Below, piece after piece: positions 7,313 through 15,804 of a stretch of DNA of 24,000 nucleotides. The first letter of the stretch is position 1. The number at the start of each line of letters is the position of its first letter. The translations under genes and the position numbers were made by a program. The DNA is from Pseudoalteromonas rubra (GTDB lineage: Bacteria; Pseudomonadota; Gammaproteobacteria; Enterobacterales; Alteromonadaceae), in the NCBI RefSeq assembly GCF_000238295.3, contig NZ_AHCD03000044.1:1056845-1080844 (forward strand). The letters are read 5' to 3'. Under the pieces are notes generated by a model. It ran no database searches. It worked only from the letters and a program-made list of their open reading frames with translations, and was not told the origin of the DNA.

Positions 7313-10300
7313 ATGTTAAGTAGGATACTGGCAACGATCTTGTTGCTTATCGTGCACTGTCAGGCGCTGGCAGAATCGCCAAACCAACTGAGGTTACATC
7401 CGTTAGACGTTGATAAACTGGATATGGTCACTGTGATCAATTCTGTCACTCAGGATAGTCAGGGCTATTTGTGGGTCAGTGGTATTTCTGGTGTACTAAA
7501 ATTTGATGGTTATCACTCTATCTTTTACCCGCTTGAACAAGCCAGAAAAGTGATAGAAGACGCGCAGGGAAGAAGGTGGCTTCTGACTGGCAATGGCCTG
7601 TATCTATACTGTCATGTAACGGACAAGTTCAACCGTTACCTGAGCGACATGCATCAGGACGATATGCATAATAGCTCCTTATTCCGGGACAGCTATAGCA
7701 TTGTTCGACGTATTGATAGTAAAACCTTTCGTCCAACTGAGTTGTATCAGGATAGTCAGAATAAGCTTTGGCTGGTGGGTGACGATGGGCGTTTGATATA
7801 CTTTTCGGCTGATCAGGAACAATATGAAAGTTATGACTTTCCCAGTTCAATAATTCAACATAACCTGCGTTTTGGTATTACATTTTTCAATGATCTGCCA
7901 TTGTTTGTATCTAAAGATGGCAAAGTGTATAGCCTGGATAAAACAACAGGCTCATTTTACGTGTTGTTTCAAGATAACAGGCTGGTGAACACCAGAATTG
8001 TGACTACAGGCCTTTCGAACACTGTGCATCTTGTGTCAGATCATGGTCTTTTCATACTCGACTTGTCAAAACCAAGTCCGCAGTCGCTGACAAAACTAGA
8101 TATCGACCCGCGTTCTATCACCTCTGTTCATGTTGGGCACCATGCTACATTTATAGGTACAAATAAATCGCTTATTGTGTTGGACGCAGACAATCATGTT
8201 AATCGCGTGAGCAGTTATTATTCTGATGGCCTTCAGCAAAATATATTCGGAGTCCAAAATGTGTTTGACGATGAGCGTGCTGTTTGGCTCTCTACAAGTA
8301 AGGGGGTGTACCAGGTAAAGTTTGCACAAACAACACAGGCAAATGGATATGTTAAGGCATCACTGAACGCAACAAAAATGCCGATGATTGAAAGCTTGCT
8401 TGTAGATAAGCGTGACAACCTCTGGATTGTCAGCCAGCGCAAAGTTTACCTGAAAAAAGCAAATACAGGACTAACGGAAGCTATCGAGCTCGATGCTAAT
8501 CGAACAGATGTGCAAGTCCAAACCGTTTTTGAAACCAGAGATGGATCCGTTATGTTCGGAGGGGTGTCGGAGTTGTATCAATATGACATAGAGCGACAGC
8601 GTTTCAGGAGAATACCACTACCGCTAGACCCGGCTAAGATGGGCAAGGAAGTTAGGGACATAGAGCAATCTGAAAATGGTCACTTGTGGTTGCTTACCTT
8701 TCAGGGGGTCGCTGAATATATACCAGCTAAAAACGAAATCGTGTCTTTTCAGCCAGGTCATTTTAAAAACCTGAAAAAAGGTCCCAATGGCACCGTTTTG
8801 GCCTGTGGTTTTGAAACTTACACCCTCGGCAAAGGTAAAGCAGAAAAAGTAGATTTTCAGTTAGAAGAATCAATTAAACATTTAGTTGTATACGATGCGT
8901 CAGTAGACCAAAGTGGGAGATTATGGGCAGCAACTTCACACGGACTATTGCTGCATGAACTGGACACTAAAAGTACTCGAAAACTCGATTTAAACGGCGT
9001 TTATCCCAATGTGGTTTTTGCTTTTACCTACCGGGATAACGGGGGGCACATCTGGCTGATTGATATGACTAATATATACAAAGTTGAGCCAGAGACAATG
9101 GAAGTCGTTTATACAGAACCCGTCAAGCGACTGAACATTGGTGCGAAGACCTATGGTAGCGTGTCGGAGTCATCTTCGGGCACCTTGTTTCTTGGTGGCG
9201 TTAGTGGATTTGCCGCGCTTGAAAATACCACAACCATTGCACCTTATGGTGTGCACTTCAGCCGTGTCATTGTTCAAGGACAAAGTTATCCTGTATATCA
9301 AGCAGAACCCGGGTTGGTAAATACGATTTCTCTAGGCACTGAATTTACGAGTGCGCAAAGAAACGTAAAGTTTGAGTTTGTAAATATTAAACGTGACCCT
9401 AATGTTGATATTTACTATAAATATCGTTTAATTGGGTTTGATTATGAGTGGACAGAAGTTGACCAAACTCAGCGTAATGCAACTTATACTAACCTGCCAT
9501 CAGGTGATTACGAATTTGTAATAAAAAGTCGCTCAATTTCGAGTGAATGGACTGAGTCTAGATTTAAATTTTCCATTGCAACTCCTTACTATTTAACTGT
9601 TTGGGCATTTCTGTTTTATGCGGTATGTTTGATATTACTCATCGCATTAATATTGATTGTTAGAACACATCAGCTGAAACGGCACAATCTTCAACTTGAA
9701 ACACAAGTTCGGGCACGCACAGAGGAAATTGAACAAAAGCGGGTGCAAATTGCCAATCTAATGGAAAGCAAGAACAAACTCTTCGGCAATATTTCACACG
9801 AATTACGCACGCCCTTATCTGTAATCATGCTGCCAATAAAAAGCATGCTAAAACAGAACCCGGACAAAGAAAATATCAGATGGCATGCCGCATATTCTCA
9901 GGCTGTCCGGCTGGAAAAATTAATTGATAATTTGATCCGTTATGCGAGGAAAGACAACTTCGCACCGCCTGAAAATCACCAGTTTACTGCCAGGGTCGTG
10001 CTAATGAAGCAGATACAGGCTTTTGATCTGCTTGCACATGAGAAACAGATCAAGATAAAAACAGACATATGTCTGACCTGTCAGGAAGTTGTGCTTAACG
10101 AAGCCGATTTTGAGCAGGTTGTGACAAACCTGTTGTCTAATGCGGTGAAATATACGCCAGATGGAGGAATAATTCAGGTTTGTGCACAGCAAAAAGGTAA
10201 TATGCTGGTGCTGATGTTTACGAACTCGGGACCCGGTATAGAGCCTGCACTTCAGGCGGACATATTTAAACGTTATGTGCGTGGCACACACAATGACATA

Positions 10301-11290
10301 GCAGGGCAGGGAATTGGATTATCTGTGGTTCATCAGTTGATATCTGGGTGCGGTGGCGCAATTGAACTGACCAGTGAGCCCGGGCAAGGTTGTCTGTTTA
10401 CCTTACATATCCCAATTTTTCTTAACTCGCATAATGAGTTTTATCAAAAAGATCTCTCAGCAATCCAAGACAATGCGTCTGAATCGGAAAGCGCGGATAC
10501 ATTAGAACGAATTTTAATTGTTGAGGATAACCCCGATCTCAGAATGATGTTAAATGAGGCGCTATCGGTCTGGTTTAATTGCACGGTAGCCGGGGATGGC
10601 GAACAAGGCCTGGCAATGGCAAAGAACATTTTACCGGACCTGATAGTCAGTGATGTCATGATGCCGGTTATGACAGGTCTTGATATGTTACGTGCGGTTA
10701 AACAAGACGAAATGACCAGCCATATTCCTGTTGTGTTGCTCACAGCCAAAGAAGATGATGCCAGTCGTATCATTGGATTTGAAGCTGAAGCAGATGATTA
10801 TATGGGCAAGCCATTTGATATCGATGTATTGAGAATTCGAATTGAAAACCTGATCAAGGGTCGCAAGAAGCTGGCACATTTATATCGGCATCATATTTTG
10901 CACGGCGAGGATATAGCGCAGGCCCGTCAAGAAGATAAACGTGTACCTTTTATAGATAAGCTACATCATGTGATCGCACAACATTATCAGAACCCGGAGT
11001 TTGATACTGAGCACATGGCCAGTCTGGTATTTTTGAGTACCAGACAGCTACAGCGTAAATCAAGGAGTCTAACTGGGTTATCACCTATTGCTTTGCTCAG
11101 ACAATACAGGCTACAGCAGGCCTGTAAACAGCTCAGAGCCGGGGCTTTGGTAGCTGACGTAGCCTATCAGGTGGGCTTTTCCTCTCCGGGTTATTTTAGT
11201 AGTTGTTTTAAAGCTGAGTTTAGCTTGTCTCCACAGCAGTATGTCAGGCAATTTGCCAAAGCGGCTTATGAGGATGAGGCGGGTCAGTGA
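7313..11290 (+). CDS. hybrid two-component system sensor kinase/response regulator (propeller repeats, Y_Y_Y, TM, HisKA, HATPase_c, REC, AraC HTH)
   Basis: 1325 aa.
- Signal/TM: MLSRILATILLLIVHCQALA.
- Repeated QD/ED..G.LW..G..GL motifs typical of two-component regulator propeller repeats.
- Y_Y_Y-like segment: YKYRLIGFDYEWTEV...YTNLPSGDYEFVIKS.
- TM: YLTVWAFLFYAVCLILLIALILIV.
- H-box: FGNISHELRTPLS.
- N and G boxes: NLLSNAVKYTPDGG and GQGIGLSVV.
- REC: ILIVEDNPDL...LIVSDVMMPVMTGLD...LLTAK.
- AraC HTH: VAYQVGFSSPGYFSSCFKAEF. Confidence 0.92.
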   Translation: MLSRILATILLLIVHCQALAESPNQLRLHPLDVDKLDMVTVINSVTQDSQGYLWVSGISGVLKFDGYHSIFYPLEQARKVIEDAQGRRWLLTGNGLYLYCHVTDKFNRYLSDMHQDDMHNSSLFRDSYSIVRRIDSKTFRPTELYQDSQNKLWLVGDDGRLIYFSADQEQYESYDFPSSIIQHNLRFGITFFNDLPLFVSKDGKVYSLDKTTGSFYVLFQDNRLVNTRIVTTGLSNTVHLVSDHGLFILDLSKPSPQSLTKLDIDPRSITSVHVGHHATFIGTNKSLIVLDADNHVNRVSSYYSDGLQQNIFGVQNVFDDERAVWLSTSKGVYQVKFAQTTQANGYVKASLNATKMPMIESLLVDKRDNLWIVSQRKVYLKKANTGLTEAIELDANRTDVQVQTVFETRDGSVMFGGVSELYQYDIERQRFRRIPLPLDPAKMGKEVRDIEQSENGHLWLLTFQGVAEYIPAKNEIVSFQPGHFKNLKKGPNGTVLACGFETYTLGKGKAEKVDFQLEESIKHLVVYDASVDQSGRLWAATSHGLLLHELDTKSTRKLDLNGVYPNVVFAFTYRDNGGHIWLIDMTNIYKVEPETMEVVYTEPVKRLNIGAKTYGSVSESSSGTLFLGGVSGFAALENTTTIAPYGVHFSRVIVQGQSYPVYQAEPGLVNTISLGTEFTSAQRNVKFEFVNIKRDPNVDIYYKYRLIGFDYEWTEVDQTQRNATYTNLPSGDYEFVIKSRSISSEWTESRFKFSIATPYYLTVWAFLFYAVCLILLIALILIVRTHQLKRHNLQLETQVRARTEEIEQKRVQIANLMESKNKLFGNISHELRTPLSVIMLPIKSMLKQNPDKENIRWHAAYSQAVRLEKLIDNLIRYARKDNFAPPENHQFTARVVLMKQIQAFDLLAHEKQIKIKTDICLTCQEVVLNEADFEQVVTNLLSNAVKYTPDGGIIQVCAQQKGNMLVLMFTNSGPGIEPALQADIFKRYVRGTHNDIAGQGIGLSVVHQLISGCGGAIELTSEPGQGCLFTLHIPIFLNSHNEFYQKDLSAIQDNASESESADTLERILIVEDNPDLRMMLNEALSVWFNCTVAGDGEQGLAMAKNILPDLIVSDVMMPVMTGLDMLRAVKQDEMTSHIPVVLLTAKEDDASRIIGFEAEADDYMGKPFDIDVLRIRIENLIKGRKKLAHLYRHHILHGEDIAQARQEDKRVPFIDKLHHVIAQHYQNPEFDTEHMASLVFLSTRQLQRKSRSLTGLSPIALLRQYRLQQACKQLRAGALVADVAYQVGFSSPGYFSSCFKAEFSLSPQQYVRQFAKAAYEDEAGQ

Positions 11291-11567
11291 ACTGTTACAC
11301 CAATTTGCTTAATGAAGTGTTCTATTTTGAGGCGAGACAATAGGGTCAATAACACCGCTTCCGCGTCCTGCTATCGCTGAGGCACCTACATCCATATAGG
11401 CGAGGCAAAAATTTGTGAACTTGTGTCTAAGGTATAAGGTTCTAAATGAGAAAATTTTAACGATGTTAGCGTCCTATTTGCTCCTTCAAATAGACCAGGT
11501 ATTAAGTGAAGTTGGTATTGAATATGCCCTGCGGTTTGGAAGCGGTTAATCTGTTCTACTCAATGTC

Positions 11568-11597
11568 CAAGATCAGGCATTATTTTGCCTGATCTTG
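11568..11597 (-). terminator. 11-bp perfect hairpin just downstream of the GG-leader peptide gene 2
   Basis: caagatcaggc (11568-11578) pairs with gcctgatcttg (11587-11597) around the loop attatttt, 14 nt beyond the minus-strand stop at 11611-11613. It lacks a clean U-tract. Confidence 0.4.
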
Positions 11598-11610
11598 ACA
11601 CCTTCCTTGG

Positions 11611-11775
11611 TTAATCGGGCAAGGTACATGTAAGGATATTGCCATTGGAGTCGATTGGTGTTCCAGCAGCATCCTGGTTAGTAGCGCCCCCCTGGACAAG
11701 TGGCGTTAACTTGCTTTGTAGACCCGTTTTAGTAGATAAAACCTTTAATTTTTTTGCTTTGAGGTTAAGTTTCAT
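11611..11775 (-). CDS. 54-aa double-glycine-leader peptide precursor, paralogue of 4759..4932, not in the ORF track
   Basis: Hand translation gives MKLNLKAKKLKVLSTKTGLQSKLTPLVQGG|ATNQDAAGTPIDSNGNILTCTLPD*. AAGGA lies 7 nt upstream of the ATG. The leader matches peptide 1 at MKL.L..K.LK.L..K..L.S..TP....GGAT, with GG at residues 29-30 in both. The track's + strand ORF 11639..11851 is antisense to it. Confidence 0.6.
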   Translation of the reverse strand: MKLNLKAKKLKVLSTKTGLQSKLTPLVQGGATNQDAAGTPIDSNGNILTCTLPD

Positions 11776-11988
11776 AATGGTTTCCTTTTTGTTATGTCAC
11801 CGACGCCACTTTTGCATTTTATTCGAACTATGTAAATGGTCACGTCTCTAAAATAAGTACTTGTTCTTACCCCCATTTGGGGGGGGAGTAAAGCCTTAAA
11901 GGTAACTTATTGTAGCTTCAGAACCTGGATTCTATGGCCGATTGAAAGTATCTATCAAGTCGCACTCCCCCTCTAGCAAGCGCGAAGT

Positions 11989-12013
11989 GTCATCCTCGAT
12001 ATAGAGCCGGGAA
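11989..12013. repeat. REP-like element, dispersed degenerate copy 2
   Basis: gtcatcctcgatatagagccgggaac shares both ends (GTCATCC...GAGCCGGGAAC) with the copies at 4504-4530 and 14686-14712. The 5' arm of the stem has decayed. Confidence 0.4.
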
Positions 12014-12236
12014 CAGCTTACTCGTCACTGTTTTTACTTGAACATATGGCTGCATATGTCGATGTCGCGATGACTCACTTGAAAAACTACTCGCTTCATC
12101 ACAGTACATGGAATTGTACGTGAACCGATTTCGAACAACTTTTTTAATGTTTATCTTGTTGTTACGTCTTTACTCTAGTTTAATAGCCGTGAATTTGTGC
12201 AGTTTAGGTACAAATCACATAAAAAAAGGAATGATA

Positions 12237-14168
12237 ATGAAGACAAAAGCAACAAAAGCCCTGATTGCTGGGTTATTACTCACGCCTGCACTTTATGCGC
12301 ATGCAGACGCAACCAAAGGATATGCCGATCCCTACAATTTTAACAATCATGGTAAGTGTAGCTTCAACGATTCTGGCCCGAGCTATTCAGATGATTCTGA
12401 CTACAACTACATCAACTATATCAAAAATAAGGTCTCGCCGTATCACCATTTGAATACCACTTTGAATGAACGTTTACTGCGTGGCAGCTACTACAGTCTG
12501 GACAATCAGCTTTTCTATGTGGGCGGGCAAAATGTGCCTAAATATTCCGGCCCGGCAGCGACAGGTTCCGCAAAAGCAGCTCCTATGGCGGTTCAGCGTG
12601 GCGACTGGACGTATTACATTATCAATGGCGCGCATTCAGATTGTGCACTCAATGCACCCGCACCAAATAAAGGGTATGAGCGTTTGGTATACGCAGTGGG
12701 TGCCTATAATCATAAATCGGGCATGATTAAAGAGCCTGTGATAGTGCATGTAAAGGATACTAGCGACTTTCATGACACGGCAGTCATCAATGTAGACAGC
12801 CAGGGCTATGTTTATGTATTTATCTCCGGGCGTAATTCGACCCGGGGTGGTCTGGTTTATCGCTCCTCGAACACGCATGACAACTTTTTTGCAAACTTAG
12901 GCTCATTTAAGCTGGTTGATGCAGTTAACGAAGTCGGTAACGAATTAGATAGCAGCCATAATTGTCCGAGTAGCGGCGATAAGTGTTATAACCTGGGCTT
13001 TACCTATCCACAGGCTTGGTGGGTGGACAATAAATTTGTATTGCTTAACACCCGTTATATACAAACGTCTGATGATATGAAGGCGGCATTCCGGCAAACA
13101 GCGCGTCGTCAGCTATATATGACAGAATATAAGGTACAGCCAGGAGGGCTGGAGGCGCCGATAACTAAAAAGCTGGTTGCACTGGATGATAAACGGAGCT
13201 TCGGCCATTATGCCGTGAGTACAGAGCGAAATGGTGTACTGGCCATGGCTTTTAATGTACACGTTCCTGATCGTTGTACTCGCAGTGACATAAAGCAAGC
13301 TGATTGCGAAGCAAAAGGCCTTAACGGCAGGCTAGAGAATCGTCATTACCCCAATGACAACCGCACTAACCTGTACTTTATATACTCCAGAGATGGCGGT
13401 AAAACCTGGTTAAACAGTCAACACAAGACGCTTATTGACACAAGTCGTGGCCAATACATTAATACGCTGAGTAAGCTCAACGAAGCCTTGTTGTATCAGC
13501 CAGATACCAGTGTTGACATCGTCAACGGTTACAACCCTTACAGCACAACCATCAAAAAGCGTATTTATGTCAAAGATCTGGACTTTAACACCAATGGCTA
13601 TCGCGGTTACCTGACTTCTTTGAAAGTACTGATCACAGAAAGTGATGGTATTCACGGCTTTGTGCCGAAAACATCTGCTGAGTCTCGTCGAATGATCCGG
13701 GCCTTGGTTATCGATCATAATGGCAAAAAAGACTACGTAGGTTGTTACAATTCGGCTGATTGCTGGGCTGACCATGCGTATTCATCTGGTACGATTATCA
13801 CCCATACTCAATACGGTTACAGTGAGCTTGCTTTCCCTATGTCAGCTGGCGACATGCTGGCTGGCGGTAAAGTTCACCTGTATAGCAGTAACTTAAAAAC
13901 CGCGGGTGACGTAAAAGTGTGGAGCTATCTGGGCGCACAAGACTACCGTGACCCGAACGATGTAAACTACATCCGCAAAGTACACAATGCCAAATCTGTA
14001 ACGGGTGACGAGCCTGTTTACTTCTGGGCGCAAAGTGAAACTAATTCTCGCGTTGATCTTGTATTGGCCGGACGTAAAGGCCAGCAAGTACAGTTGACAG
14101 GCAACTTTGGTACAAACAAGAAAATGGCTTGCCCAACGCGCTACGTGTTTAACCGTTGTACAAACTGA
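12237..14168 (+). CDS. secreted protein with an Asp-box (BNR) motif, possibly a beta-propeller / sialidase-like fold; function unknown
   Basis: The ORF-track frame 12108..14168 is kept, but ATG 12237 (or 12231) is preferred as the start. AAAGGA lies just upstream, and the product then begins with a classical signal peptide MKTKATKALIAGLLLTPALYAHA|DA. The Asp-box SRDGGKTW is at nt 13386-13409. The protein is rich in Tyr/Asn/Gly, as in extracellular beta-rich proteins. Confidence 0.75.
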   Translation: MKTKATKALIAGLLLTPALYAHADATKGYADPYNFNNHGKCSFNDSGPSYSDDSDYNYINYIKNKVSPYHHLNTTLNERLLRGSYYSLDNQLFYVGGQNVPKYSGPAATGSAKAAPMAVQRGDWTYYIINGAHSDCALNAPAPNKGYERLVYAVGAYNHKSGMIKEPVIVHVKDTSDFHDTAVINVDSQGYVYVFISGRNSTRGGLVYRSSNTHDNFFANLGSFKLVDAVNEVGNELDSSHNCPSSGDKCYNLGFTYPQAWWVDNKFVLLNTRYIQTSDDMKAAFRQTARRQLYMTEYKVQPGGLEAPITKKLVALDDKRSFGHYAVSTERNGVLAMAFNVHVPDRCTRSDIKQADCEAKGLNGRLENRHYPNDNRTNLYFIYSRDGGKTWLNSQHKTLIDTSRGQYINTLSKLNEALLYQPDTSVDIVNGYNPYSTTIKKRIYVKDLDFNTNGYRGYLTSLKVLITESDGIHGFVPKTSAESRRMIRALVIDHNGKKDYVGCYNSADCWADHAYSSGTIITHTQYGYSELAFPMSAGDMLAGGKVHLYSSNLKTAGDVKVWSYLGAQDYRDPNDVNYIRKVHNAKSVTGDEPVYFWAQSETNSRVDLVLAGRKGQQVQLTGNFGTNKKMACPTRYVFNRCTN

Positions 14169-14196
14169 TGACATACTTAAAATAAGTATCTAAACA

Positions 14197-14226
14197 CCGA
14201 CTCTGGCGCGCACATGCCAGAGTCGG
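14197..14226 (+). terminator. 11-bp hairpin after the Asp-box protein gene
   Basis: ccgactctggc (14197-14207) pairs with gccagagtcgg (14216-14226) around an 8-nt loop, 29 nt after the stop. No T-tract follows on the + strand, so terminator function is uncertain. Confidence 0.35.
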
Positions 14227-14324
14227 ACATGACCTGGAACTTGCCATCATTGCCAATGAGTTGAGGACCACCCATCGCCACCTCAAAAGCCTTAGTTATC
14301 CGCACAGCCAACAGCGCCAGTTCG

Positions 14325-14713
14325 TCATCCCGTGCAAAGCTCCGTAGCTTCACCTTGGTTAACAAGACTTTAGCCTGACCCGGGCCATGGAGCTCGCATC
14401 TTCACCCCAGCTAAGTAGCCCATTGTGCCATTCTAGTCATAGCACCCGCAGCGTCACTCTGGCCACCGAGCCCGTAGCGTGATCCCGGCCATGGAGTTCG
14501 CATCTTCACACCAGCCAAGTAACCCATCGTGCCATCCGAGTCATAGCGCCCGCAGCGAAACTCAGGCCAACGAACCCGCAGCGTCTGCCCGGCCAACGAG
14601 CCCGTAGCGTCATCCCGGCGAACGAGCCCATAGCGTCTTCCCGGCCAACGAGCCCATAGCGTCTGCCCGGCCAACGAGCCCGTAGCGTCATCCCGGCCAA
14701 CGAGCCGGGAACC
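14325..14713. repeat. composite intergenic tandem-repeat array ending in the REP-like hairpin
   Basis: Two ~105-bp units (14379-14483 and 14484-14587, clearly alignable) follow a degenerate third copy starting at about 14325. Four 26-bp units CCCGGCCAACGAGCCCGTAGCGTCAT come next (14588-14613, 14614-14639, 14640-14665, 14666-14691). A terminal unit CCCGGCcaacgaGCCGGGaacc (14692-14713) restores a perfect 6-bp stem. The units are contiguous with no spacers. Confidence 0.85.
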
Positions 14714-15028
14714 AACCACCGACGACACCAATAGCTTGTACTATTCACATTGAAGAAAGCGCCATTCCCAGTGTGTAATGCCCTGTAATAGTAATAAAAA
14801 TAACCATAAGTTATTTTATAAAGTTTTCCAAAGCCAGGGTGAAGCGGCCTTGAGAAAAACAAACTGGACCCATTATCCAATTTGTAACCAAAATTTGAAC
14901 ACTTGTATTAAAATCGCTAATAACGGCGGATAAAAAGCTACTCAATCAGACAAAAGTGTTGTAGATTATTCTTGTGTCTGCACCAAATATCGGATTCCCG
15001 ATCCGGTATCAAAGTTGCATCAGACAGC

Positions 15029-15067
15029 CAACAAGAGTAGCTAACAAGAACAGTTAACAAGAATAGT
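15029..15067 (+). promoter_or_regulatory. three tandem 13-bp direct repeats (consensus TAACAAGAANAGT) about 130 nt upstream of the methyltransferase gene
   Basis: caacaagagtagc (15029-15041), taacaagaacagt (15042-15054) and taacaagaatagt (15055-15067). The spacing is iteron-like. Any function as a binding site is inference only. Confidence 0.25.
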
Positions 15068-15195
15068 TTTAAAGTGTCGCGCAAAGGAAGTTGTAACCGC
15101 CGAACAACAGGCTGTGAGCCGGGAAACTCCCCGAATGCCATTACCTGTCCCATGCATCATCTCCTTACCAGCTACACCATTGAGTAAACGGGTGA

Positions 15196-15804
15196 GTGAT
15201 GTCTGACTCCACATTAGAATACTACAGCCGCAACGCAGTCAGTTTTGCAGAGGCAACCTTCGCGGTAGATATGCAGCCGCTGTACGACGTGTTTTTACCT
15301 GCCATATCCAAAGGCGGTAAAATCCTCGATGCCGGTTGCGGCTCAGGCCGCGATGCACTGGCGTTTAAAAACCTCGGCTACCGGGTGGAAGCCTTCGATG
15401 CCTGCGCCGAACTGGCCAACATCGCCAGCTTCCACCTGGAACAACCCGTAGGCTGCTTCAGTTTCGACGAACTCAGAGACATCAACACTTATGACGCTAT
15501 CTGGTGCTGCGCAAGCCTGTTACATGTCCCCATGGCAGAGCTCCCGGCGGTTTTTCAGCGCCTGCAAAACGCACTCAAACCAGAAGGCATAATCTATATC
15601 TCGTTTAAATACGGTGAAGGCGAACGCACTACAGATGGCCGCGCATTCACCGATCTCACAGAGCAAAGCCTGAGCGCCTTACTTGCCCAAAACACCGGTC
15701 TTAAAGCCTGCAAAACCTGGCAAACCGGCGACCAACGCCCCGGCCGCGAACACAAACGCTGGCTCAATGCTTTGTTGGAAAGGGTGGGGGCTGGGTCAGG
15801 CTGA
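15196..15804 (+). CDS. class I SAM-dependent methyltransferase (small-molecule/protein type)
   Basis: 202 aa, starting at GTG 15196 or the adjacent ATG 15199. Motif I is KILDAGCGSGRDALAF, followed by an acidic post-I residue (VEAFDA) and then DAIWCCASLLHVP...LKPEGIIYISF. No DNA-methyltransferase motifs (DPPY/NPPY or PC...ENV) are seen. The gene is notably GC-rich, about 60% in one hand-counted 60-nt line. Confidence 0.82.
   Translation: MMSDSTLEYYSRNAVSFAEATFAVDMQPLYDVFLPAISKGGKILDAGCGSGRDALAFKNLGYRVEAFDACAELANIASFHLEQPVGCFSFDELRDINTYDAIWCCASLLHVPMAELPAVFQRLQNALKPEGIIYISFKYGEGERTTDGRAFTDLTEQSLSALLAQNTGLKACKTWQTGDQRPGREHKRWLNALLERVGAGSG

Noticed and set aside
11639-11851. ORF-track + strand ORF of 70 aa
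   Set aside because: It is antisense to the GG-leader peptide gene 2. It has no RBS and an unnatural composition. The minus-strand reading is supported by an RBS, a downstream hairpin and paralogy with 4759..4932.
12108-12236. Upstream extension of the Asp-box protein ORF (track start at 12108)
   Set aside because: The extra 43 residues (MELYVNRFRTTFLMFILLLRLYSS...) precede a textbook signal peptide that begins at M44. AAAGGA sits just before ATG 12231/12237. The extension is most likely untranslated.
14325-14713. Possible CRISPR array, given regular short GC-rich palindromic repeats
   Set aside because: The 26-bp units are directly contiguous with no unique spacers, and the upstream ~105-bp units are themselves repeated. 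No cas genes or leader are nearby. This is a tandem REP-like array, not a CRISPR.
14411-14880. ORF-track ORFs 14411..14731 (106 aa) and 14506..14880 (124 aa) on the minus strand
   Set aside because: Their sequences (GRRYGLVGR.., ARWPGRR.. repeated) are just translations of the tandem repeats in two frames. They have no RBS, and two mutually overlapping frames are implausible.
15196-15804. The methyltransferase as the modification (self-marking) partner of the adjacent defence-like cassette
   Set aside because: It has only class I small-molecule-type SAM motifs and none of the DNA MTase catalytic motifs (DPPY/NPPY or PC...ENV). At 202 aa it has no target-recognition domain. Its GC content (~60%) is radically different from the cassette (~33%). 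A 150-nt non-overlapping gap also contrasts with the tight coupling inside the cassette.
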